In this document: positions 1-6,995 of the stretch, in pieces
How positions within the stretch are numbered: the stretch's first letter is position 1
Layout of the letters: each line of letters begins with the position of its first letter
Source: an uncultured Oligoflexus sp.
GTDB taxonomy: Bacteria; Bdellovibrionota_B; Oligoflexia; Oligoflexales; Oligoflexaceae
Assembly (NCBI GenBank): GCA_964236955.1
Contig: CAXSGP010000120.1
Coordinates: forward strand, 1-12,429
Direction of reading: 5' to 3'
DNA: 12,429 nt
Notes under the pieces: model-generated
Databases searched by the model: none
What the model was told of the DNA's origin: nothing
The model's input: the letters and a program-made list of their open reading frames with translations, nothing else
Translations under genes and position numbers: made by a program

Positions 1-2
1 CA

Positions 3-30
3 CTAAGCTTTCAGGGCAAGCTACCGCTAA
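3..30 (+). promoter_or_regulatory. Possible sigma-28-type promoter far upstream of GH43
   Basis: CTAAG-N15-ACCGCTAA. Shares ACTAAGCTTT with the cheY-like promoter (5973-5982). Confidence 0.3.
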
Positions 31-50
31 AATCCTGACGCACAGGCGCA

Positions 51-82
51 GCGAGTTGCGAGGCTTTAGCCGAGCAACGAGC
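51..82 (+). repeat. Imperfect palindrome with tandem GA mismatches, possible remnant of a palindromic repeat element
   Basis: GC-GA-GTTGC-GA-GGC-TTTA-GCC-GA-GCAAC-GA-GC. Confidence 0.55.
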
Positions 83-137
83 GAGTTTAAGGGCGATTTG
101 CGCTGAATATAAATCGATCTATTTTACAAACCGGAAT

Positions 138-153
138 TGCGGCTTTCGTGCCA
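138..153 (-). promoter_or_regulatory. Possible sigma-54 (-24/-12) promoter firing leftward out of the window
   Basis: Minus strand TGGCACGAAAGCCGCA: perfect -24 box and GG-N10-GC spacing, but CC instead of TT at -12. Confidence 0.3.
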
Positions 154-293
154 CTGCAAGATTACGTAACGTTTGCGCCTTGTGCCTCGCTCGCAGAAGG
201 CGACGCTCAACCATAAAATTTCACGACTTTTTCTTACGCCCGCCAGATTTCCCAACTTTTCCAAGCCTTTGCCAAGCCCATAGTTTATTCTAG

Positions 294-330
294 CGCAGGT
301 GGAGGCCGGCCAAGCCGATTTCAACCTGCG
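294..330. other. 37-bp hairpin flanked by TAG direct repeats
   Basis: CGCAGGT-G-GAGG-C-CGGC-CAA-GCCG-A-TTTC-A-ACCTGCG, with TAG at 291-293 and 331-333. Confidence 0.5.
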
Positions 331-485
331 TAGGTCATCAGCTTACGATATTCGCTCAAAGACTCCGAAAAAATGCTTGCGCCTTTCGTGGATTCATTGG
401 ATTATCGCCGCTGTTTCTGACTTACTCATAAGCATTTAAAGCTATAGCCTAAGAGGCTCGAAATATTTTTTTCTTGTTTCGAGCT

Positions 486-515
486 TTCAATCAACAACGG
501 ATTAGCGTGTACAAT
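486..515 (+). promoter_or_regulatory. Possible sigma-70 promoter of GH43
   Basis: TTCAAT-N18-TACAAT ending 36 bp before the ATG. The -35 box is weak. Confidence 0.3.
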
Positions 516-551
516 TTGAGAGGCTTCGGCCCATCTCGATAGGAAATAAAC

Positions 552-2324
552 ATGAAGTATCAATGTAAGAGTGGAATCGGAGCGGTTCTGCTTTCGACCT
601 TGGCCATGATTTCGGGTGGGAACACGGTCTTTGCCCAAAGTGAAAAAAGCCAAAGCGACGAGTCCGTCTGCAAACCGGCCTCGTCTGGCAATCCAATCGC
701 CGAGGGATGGTATGCCGACCCTGATATCAAAGTTTACGATGGAGTCTATTGGGTTTATCCGACCTACTCGCACACCTCGGACCTGCAGACCTTTATGGAT
801 GCCTTCTCTTCGCCCGATCTCATTCACTGGACCAAGCATAGCCGGGTCCTTGAAAAAGCCAATGTCCCTTGGGCGACCTATGCTTTCTGGGCACCTTCGC
901 CAATCTATAGAAACGGCAAATATTATCTTTATTTTAGCGCCAACAGCATTGGCAGCGATAATGAAGTTGGTGGTATCGGCGTCGGCGTCGCCAATAATCC
1001 CGCAGGACCCTTCATCGATCCTATCAAGCAACCCATCATCGGCAAATTTGTAAACGGCGCTCAGCCCATCGATCAAAACGTTTTTATTGACGACGACGGC
1101 AAGGCCTACATTTATTTTGGTGGATGGGGGCATTGCAATGTCGCGCGCCTCAACGACGACATGACAAGTGTCGGTCTGTTGCCCGACGGCAGTAGCTATC
1201 AGGAGATTACGCCCTCTGGTTATGTAGAGGGTCCTTTGATGTTTAAACGTCAAGGCGTCTATTATCTGATGTGGTCGGAGGGAGGCTGGACCGGCCCTGA
1301 TTATCGGGTGTCCTATGCGATGGCAGACTCGCCCCTTGGCCCCTTTAATAGAAAGGGTGTGATCTTAAGTCAGGATGCCTCAATTGGAACAGGCTCAGGT
1401 CACAACACGGTGGTAAATGTTCCGGGTACCGATGAATGGTATATCTTCTACCATCGGCACCCCCTCGACGCTATCGATGGCAATAATAGGGTTCTGGCCT
1501 ATGATGCGATGGAATTCAATAAAGATGGCACGATCCGTCCGGTGGAGATGTCGAACAGAGACAATTTCTGCGACTCCAACAGTTTGGGTTGGAAGTCCTT
1601 GGACGGCGCCTGGAAGGTCACCGACGAGCAGTATACCGTCAAATCCAGCTTCGGCAGCAATTCGATTCAGAACAATAATTTTGCAAACTTCACCTATGAT
1701 GCTGATGTAGCGGTCGGGCCCTCGGGAAATGCGGGTGTCCTATTTCGAGTCAGCGACGCGACCAGCGGTGACAGCTATCAGGGATATAATGTCGGTTTGG
1801 ATGCTGTTAACGGACGTGTCTTTATCGGCAAATCAAGCGGCAGGATTTGGACTGAGCTGGCTGCCTCCAATCAGAGGGTCGAAGCCTCTTCGATGCATCA
1901 TCTCCGTGTAATTGCCAAAGGCAATCATATCGAGGTCTTTTATGATCAGAACGAATCACCGGTGATCGTCTTGGACGACAGCAGCTACTCGGCAGGAGCG
2001 ACTGGCCTTCGTGCCTACGCAAGCTCTGCCACATTCGATAACATCGAAGTCGTCAATGCAAAAACAGCGGTTTTCTATGAAGACGTTGGTTTCAGCGGAG
2101 CGGCTGTCCTTCTCAATCCCGGGGACTATACCAAGGCGGATTTAGAAAGGGCCGGCATTCGTGACAATTGGGTTAGCTCATTGCGGATGCCAACGGGGTG
2201 GACGGTGGAAGTATTCGAAGACGATCATTTTAATGGCAGCAGGTGGGTTTATAAAGGTGATACGTCTCACTTCACCCCTGAGGCCAACGATAAAATGTCG
2301 TCGGTTAGGATATTCGCAAATTAA
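552..2324 (+). CDS. Secreted family 43 glycoside hydrolase with a DUF1080/ConA-like beta-sandwich and a C-terminal beta/gamma-crystallin domain
   Basis: 590-aa ORF with ATG and AGGA (541-544) upstream. Signal-peptide-like N-terminus ending VFA|Q. GH43 motifs NPI..GWYADP (base Asp), WAPS, PIDQNVFIDDDG (pKa-modulating Asp), VEGP (acid Glu) and GHNTV. Region ~1560-2055 (GNAGVLFR...HHLRVIAKGNHIEVFYD...GATGLR...FDNIEV) resembles DUF1080. Region 2067-2321 has two Greek-key motifs (FYEDVGFSG...DNWVSSLR; FEDDHFNG...NDKMSSVR). Confidence 0.92.
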   Translation: MKYQCKSGIGAVLLSTLAMISGGNTVFAQSEKSQSDESVCKPASSGNPIAEGWYADPDIKVYDGVYWVYPTYSHTSDLQTFMDAFSSPDLIHWTKHSRVLEKANVPWATYAFWAPSPIYRNGKYYLYFSANSIGSDNEVGGIGVGVANNPAGPFIDPIKQPIIGKFVNGAQPIDQNVFIDDDGKAYIYFGGWGHCNVARLNDDMTSVGLLPDGSSYQEITPSGYVEGPLMFKRQGVYYLMWSEGGWTGPDYRVSYAMADSPLGPFNRKGVILSQDASIGTGSGHNTVVNVPGTDEWYIFYHRHPLDAIDGNNRVLAYDAMEFNKDGTIRPVEMSNRDNFCDSNSLGWKSLDGAWKVTDEQYTVKSSFGSNSIQNNNFANFTYDADVAVGPSGNAGVLFRVSDATSGDSYQGYNVGLDAVNGRVFIGKSSGRIWTELAASNQRVEASSMHHLRVIAKGNHIEVFYDQNESPVIVLDDSSYSAGATGLRAYASSATFDNIEVVNAKTAVFYEDVGFSGAAVLLNPGDYTKADLERAGIRDNWVSSLRMPTGWTVEVFEDDHFNGSRWVYKGDTSHFTPEANDKMSSVRIFAN

Positions 2325-5300
2325 TGCGAGACGTTCTCGGGACTGGATTGAATGGAGGGAATATCCTCCTGACAGTGTTCAAATCCCAGGGGACTGGGCA
2401 TAATTCGGGGCGCGATGATTTTTAGGACCTGAACCGGCAAAGCACTTGTAAATCCATAGGCCGCAGCCGCATCAGACGGCACATAGGCGGTGAGCGTTCC
2501 GAAGTATTTCTTGCCCAAGCTAAAGACGAAGGTCGCGGTTCGATTGATGACACGCGAACTTTGTTTTTCGCCGCCGGTCGCTGCTATCTGATAGCGGTTG
2601 TCACCTGTCCCGGTCTTACCCCCTATCCTGATGTTGCCACAATTTTCGACATGAAGCAGATCCTTCACGCGTCTGGCTGTCCCTTCTTCGACCACATTAA
2701 AAAGCGCTCTTTGAACCGCGGATGCAATCGCAGGTGAGAGCAAGCGTACCGGCAGTCCGCTTGATTTGCTCAAGACCGTTTCAAAGGGCGTGCCTTCAGC
2801 GAGGTGTATATCAAGGACACGTTCGTTATCTGATCTTAGGCCATCGGCTTGAATGATGCCGATAAGTTCGGCAAGAGCGCTCGGCCTGTCGCCTGAACTG
2901 CCTAGAGCGGTCGCGAGCGTAGGGACCAAGGAAGCAAAGGGGAACCCGAGCTTTTTCCAGGACGATCCTATGGTATGGAACGCCTCCTCTTCAAGCATAG
3001 TACGAAGGCGGCTATTTTGAATGCCTTTGTGCTTGGCCTCCGTTAACCAGCGGTAGACACTCTTCCGCGTCTCAAAACTTTCCTTTACAACCTCGGTCCA
3101 GTCGGCTGCCGCGAATTTTTGGAAGTAAGCGATCATCCATAGATCAAGCGGATGGACGCCGGCAATATAGCCGCGGTCATGGAGCGTTAGCTCAGCAATA
3201 GTCGGTGCTGATTGATGATAGAGCTTTTCGAAGGTAAGGTTAAAAGGCAGGGGTTTAGTCAGGTTCTTCTCAATAAAGCTCTGCATAGAGGCGACCGATC
3301 CTTCGGGGTCGACGGTACGGAAAGCGGTCGCAAAAGCACGAGGCGTTGGCTTAAGGCTGGGGGCAAGAAGATCCAGCGATTCCTGCAATGTTTTCCATTG
3401 GTATTTTCGATAGGAGCGAATCAGGAACTGCTGACTTTCGCGATCTGCGAATTTTTCGAGAAGGGGTTTTCGACCTGGATGAGTGGGATCCGCGATGATA
3501 TCGGGATATCCAGGCACCGAAGCGAGGTGGTATTCGACAAGGTCTCTGAGAATTCTCACGAAGGGTAGATTTATCGATTTGGTAAAGGCCATCAGGACGG
3601 AAACCCGACTGCTATCGTCATTTTTATTGAAGTTGGAGAACCTATGCAAAGCTCCTCCCGAAATAAAGGACTCGTAAGGACTTGCTGAATAGGTTCTCTC
3701 AAGCGATGCCATCAGCACATCGTCAAGAGTCTTCCAGGGAGTTTGCAGCAGCTCACCCCTGACCCAGTTACTAAGCGAGTCGTGCCGGTCGCAAGCATTC
3801 AGTTCTTCGGGAGTAAGATTCCTAAACTTCTCATGAAGGCTTTCGATCGCCTGGAGATAGGAAACCAGGACTCTTAACTTTGCCGTTGATCCAAGCTCAA
3901 GTTTGCCGCTTTCATTGAGGTTGAATGGGCCATCCAGACTGTCGGTCTGGACTCTGAGGAGATTTTTTCCCTCCGACCTTTCCATTAGGACAAAGCTATA
4001 AAGGACCTTGGCGGGATCTCCGCTTTCTAAAAGATGAGGTTCCCTTAGGCCAAATTCCTGGGCCTTGGACGGGTCACGAAGCTCGGCGAGAATTTTAGTG
4101 ACTTCGCGTTGAGCCTCCTGATTGATAGTGGAATCGATTTTCATATCGAAGCGATCGAATTCATAAAGGTCTTTGATTCCCATTTGGGTCAGAAGATGAA
4201 GGCGAATGGCGTTGGCCGATTTTCGCTCTAAAAAAGATACCTCGTCACGCTTGGCCTTGGGCTCGTCAGGAGCTAGTTTGATCTCTGCATGAAGTACGGC
4301 GAGCGCAAATTCTTCGGAAATAATCTTGCCTTTACTGAGGGCGTTGATATATCGCTCGGTCAAACCGGCGAGTGCCTCGGGTTTACTCTGCAGATAGAGT
4401 CCAGGCCGCCGATGGGCGAGAAAAAGGCTCAGGACCTGTTTGTAGGCCCGCGCTTTCTCCTTTTGATCGACCGGGGGATTGGCGTTTGGATCATCTTTTA
4501 GAACTTGGTTGACTTCGGCAAAATCCCTTCCGTACCAGGCCTTTAGGCCGCTACCCAAGCCGAGCACCTCGCCAAAGACAGGCTTGGCCCCGGAGGGAAC
4601 TGAGTTGATGTAATCGACGACTATGTGTTTGCGTTGTTCCAGGGTGATTTCACTGTCCTGAAAGGATCGCAGGCTGGCCGAAATCATCTGTATGAATTTA
4701 TCTCCCGGCTTTTTGGTCAGGCCATCCGGAGAGTGCTTAAACTTTTCCATCTGGGTGGCAAGTGTGGATCCTCCAGGAACACCCCGGTCTCGAAGCAATA
4801 GACTGGTGCCCTTTTCCCAGACCGCGCGCAAGAGACGGCTCCACTCAACCGCGGGATTGCGATAGGGAAAGCGTTGGTCGAGGAGCTTTTGGTCTTCGAT
4901 GAAGAGCAAGGTTTGCACGACCACATTGGGTATCGATTCAAAGGATGGATAAGTATAATCAGGATAGCGGGCGGTAAAAAGACTTTTGCCATCGGAATCG
5001 ATGATATCAACTCCGGCCTGCGATTTTTCTTGGTAAATGGGATAGAAACCCGACGATACATAGCCAAGATGGGGCGGGGAAAGTGAGGCCTGGCGCTTAA
5101 TCTCGTAACCCTGCGTTTTGAGTCTCGAGCTAATTTCCGGTATCCGGGTATAGCCAAGACGGACGTCATAGGGCCCGTGCTTTGGAAAATAGGCATAAGG
5201 GTTTGGCCCCTCCTCCACGGCGAAGCTTAACTGCCTTGCAAAGGAGTGAAAGAACATTGCACTGAAGCGTGACGTTCGAGTTTCCCATTGAATCAGAGAG

Positions 5301-5464
5301 ACCAGTGCCAGGAGAAAAAGGCTTAGGACAGTCAACCCGCGTTCCAGTTTTTTAAAGCGGCGCACTTTCCGAATACTGAGCGGTTTGATGGGATCGACTA
5401 ATAGCCTAGGTTTTAGCTTTGGTTTTGGCTTTGGCTTTGGTTTTGGCTTTGGTTTCGAATTCAC
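2321..5464 (-). CDS. Large transglycosylase-domain protein / atypical class A penicillin-binding protein (GT51 plus transpeptidase-like)
   Basis: 1047-aa ORF with GTG start and AAGGGG upstream. Basic N-tail followed by one TM helix (GLTVLSLFLLALVSLI). GT51 motifs IPNVVVQTLLFIED, GGSTLATQMEK and RKHIVVDYIN. Penicillin-binding motifs STAK (3889-3878), SIN (3577-3569) and KTG (2617-2609). Confidence 0.88.
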   Translation of the reverse strand: MNSKPKPKPKPKPKPKLKPRLLVDPIKPLSIRKVRRFKKLERGLTVLSLFLLALVSLIQWETRTSRFSAMFFHSFARQLSFAVEEGPNPYAYFPKHGPYDVRLGYTRIPEISSRLKTQGYEIKRQASLSPPHLGYVSSGFYPIYQEKSQAGVDIIDSDGKSLFTARYPDYTYPSFESIPNVVVQTLLFIEDQKLLDQRFPYRNPAVEWSRLLRAVWEKGTSLLLRDRGVPGGSTLATQMEKFKHSPDGLTKKPGDKFIQMISASLRSFQDSEITLEQRKHIVVDYINSVPSGAKPVFGEVLGLGSGLKAWYGRDFAEVNQVLKDDPNANPPVDQKEKARAYKQVLSLFLAHRRPGLYLQSKPEALAGLTERYINALSKGKIISEEFALAVLHAEIKLAPDEPKAKRDEVSFLERKSANAIRLHLLTQMGIKDLYEFDRFDMKIDSTINQEAQREVTKILAELRDPSKAQEFGLREPHLLESGDPAKVLYSFVLMERSEGKNLLRVQTDSLDGPFNLNESGKLELGSTAKLRVLVSYLQAIESLHEKFRNLTPEELNACDRHDSLSNWVRGELLQTPWKTLDDVLMASLERTYSASPYESFISGGALHRFSNFNKNDDSSRVSVLMAFTKSINLPFVRILRDLVEYHLASVPGYPDIIADPTHPGRKPLLEKFADRESQQFLIRSYRKYQWKTLQESLDLLAPSLKPTPRAFATAFRTVDPEGSVASMQSFIEKNLTKPLPFNLTFEKLYHQSAPTIAELTLHDRGYIAGVHPLDLWMIAYFQKFAAADWTEVVKESFETRKSVYRWLTEAKHKGIQNSRLRTMLEEEAFHTIGSSWKKLGFPFASLVPTLATALGSSGDRPSALAELIGIIQADGLRSDNERVLDIHLAEGTPFETVLSKSSGLPVRLLSPAIASAVQRALFNVVEEGTARRVKDLLHVENCGNIRIGGKTGTGDNRYQIAATGGEKQSSRVINRTATFVFSLGKKYFGTLTAYVPSDAAAAYGFTSALPVQVLKIIAPRIMPSPLGFEHCQEDIPSIQSSPENVSH
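5408..5455 (-). repeat. In-frame hexanucleotide tandem repeat AA(A/G)CCA encoding (KP)6-KL-KP
   Basis: Minus strand AAA CCA AAG CCA AAA CCA AAG CCA AAG CCA AAA CCA AAG CTA AAA CCT directly after the start (MNS). Confidence 0.9.
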
Positions 5465-5600
5465 TTTGGGGTGACCCCTTGTGTGAAATTAACCCTGTCG
5501 TTTCAGGTAAAAGACGCAACAATACGCCCTACGAATGACTTCGTTTGATTTTCTCTTCAGCCGCGAGTCTGGAGATCTGAAAATTTCCTTGGTCTTTGCG

Positions 5601-5628
5601 TTATCGGAAAAATCGCCAATAAGCTTGA
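5601..5628 (-). promoter_or_regulatory. Sigma-28 (FliA)-type promoter for the PBP-like gene
   Basis: Minus strand reads TCAAG-N15-TCCGATAA (consensus TAAA-N15-GCCGATAA), about 136 bp upstream of the GTG at 5464. Confidence 0.62.
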
Positions 5629-5973
5629 TAGGGACTTTCTAATCGTTGATTTAACTCACAGTAGCGCGGGCCGATACCATGACCGCTGGTGGTTCGACGA
5701 TAGGATTTGTGGGATTTCAATAAACATCCTTAAAGCCTCGAAGGAACTTTCCCAACGGGATTTTTAGTATCGATCAAAGTCAGGGGTCTGAGTTTTTGAA
5801 TAATGACCGCCGGAAGTTGGGGTCCAAACCAACTTTTTGGTGCGAGCCACGGGGAAATTGGAAGAGGATTCTAAATTAGCTTGGATCGCTGTCATAAAAC
5901 ATTGATTTATTATCCCTAATATTTATAAAATTGGCGCTCAAGATCTCAAAATATCAGGCAATGATTATGAAAA

Positions 5974-6001
5974 CTAAGCTTTAGGGATTTTTGGCCGAAG
6001 G
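5974..6001 (+). promoter_or_regulatory. Sigma-28 (FliA)-type promoter for the CheY-like gene
   Basis: CTAAG-N15-GCCGAAGG, 89 bp before the ATG and preceded by an AT-rich tract. Chemotaxis genes are classic FliA targets. Confidence 0.6.
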
Positions 6002-6090
6002 AGATACATAAAGTTACAGGTTTTTTGTGCCCAGGGGGGTTCGGACCCTTCAGGAGTTTTTGTATAGCCACGGTTCAGAGGGATTAGGCC

Positions 6091-6459
6091 ATGAAAAAAA
6101 AGATTTTGTGCGTGGAAGACTCATCTACCATTCGTCAGCAACTGAATTTTGCCCTTGGTAATGCCGGGTTTCAAGTGATCGAGGCAAATGATGGCAAAGA
6201 GGGATTGGAGGCGCTGCAGAATAATCCGGATATCGTCATGATTATTGCTGATATAAATATGCCCAATATGGGTGGACTGGATATGATCGAGAAAATTCAT
6301 TCCATGATCAATTTCAAGAGTATTCCCATCGTCATGTTAACTTCGGAAGGCAAGTCGGAGCTGATTGAACGAGCCAAGGCCGCGGGTGCTAGAGGCTGGC
6401 TGGTGAAGCCCTTTAAATTTGAACAGCTGATGATTACAGTTAATAAACTCACGGCATAA
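6091..6459 (+). CDS. Single-domain response regulator, CheY-like
   Basis: 122 aa. ILCVEDS acidic pocket, IIADINMP phosphoacceptor Asp, MLTSE and GWLVKPF. GAGGGA ribosome-binding site 7 nt before the ATG. Confidence 0.93.
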   Translation: MKKKILCVEDSSTIRQQLNFALGNAGFQVIEANDGKEGLEALQNNPDIVMIIADINMPNMGGLDMIEKIHSMINFKSIPIVMLTSEGKSELIERAKAAGARGWLVKPFKFEQLMITVNKLTA

Positions 6460-6644
6460 TGGGGAAGGCCTGCCCATTCCTTTGGAAGTCAAAACGTGCT
6501 TCTCTGGTAACGCAGGCAATGGGCAGGAGCCTGCTTGAAGGCGGGGCAAAGCAAGGCGTTGTTGCTAGCCACTTCGCCGTGGATGGCCCAGCATTTGCCA
6601 GCCTAATCATCCATTTGTATTAAAAGCACCAAGTTGCAAATTGT

Positions 6645-6701
6645 GAAAGCCTAAGTCTTTGCCTCTTATTGCCGTAATCAGCAAGGGCAAGGCAGGCTTT
6701 T
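6645..6701 (+). terminator. Possible terminator-like hairpin downstream of the cheY-like gene
   Basis: AAAGCCT/AGGCTTT outer stem with inner CTTTGCCT/GGGCAAGG and TTGC/GCAA pairs, ending in TTTT. The stem is bulged and the U-tract is short. Confidence 0.25.
6651..6678 (+). promoter_or_regulatory. Possible sigma-28-type promoter upstream of the LysM-M23 gene
   Basis: CTAAG-N15-GCCGTAAT. The -10 box is degenerate, and the site overlaps a hairpin at 6645-6701. Confidence 0.35.
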
Positions 6702-6995
6702 CTAGAAAAGACCGAAAGTTTGAATAACTGCAATTGTTGCAAATAAGACATTGCCTGAAAAACTCCAGCTCCATTCCTCGCCCGTCCTCAGACCGGTCCC
6801 CCGGGAATCATTAAGCATTTGGAAAGCTCCTGCCTCCGGCTTCGATCGAATGGCCAGAAACCTTGCCCAATGCGTTTGTAGATTACTTTTTTTTCGTATA
6901 AGCTCTAATAGTCTATAGACCATTGATACCAACGCCTCTAAGGTTTTCTTCGCAGCGCTTTCTTAGCCAAGTGAGGAGGGCCAACGAAATGACCA

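Noticed and set aside
124..324. 66-aa minus-strand ORF
   Set aside because: TTG start inside a hairpin, no clear SD and no recognisable protein features.
437..464. Extra sigma-28 site TAAAG-N15-CTCGAAAT near GH43
   Set aside because: The -10 box is too degenerate, and it is better explained as an arm of the 456-484 inverted repeat.
426..2403. Alternative-frame and antisense ORFs over GH43 (426-1253, 502-696, 616-1053, 1417-1710, 1729-1911, 1822-2034, 2161-2403)
   Set aside because: They overlap a motif-supported gene and show no recognisable domains, so they are treated as shadow ORFs.
3212..5196. Short ORFs inside the PBP-like gene
   Set aside because: Shadow frames without motifs.
6541..6600. 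c-di-GMP-I riboswitch (GGCAAA...TTTGCC)
   Set aside because: Lacks the GNRA-capped P2 stem, the GACGCAAA junction and the tetraloop receptor.
6337..6932. Minus-strand ORFs 6337-6549 and 6702-6932
   Set aside because: The first overlaps the cheY-like gene, and both have TTG starts and no motif. The second cannot be fully excluded as a small protein.
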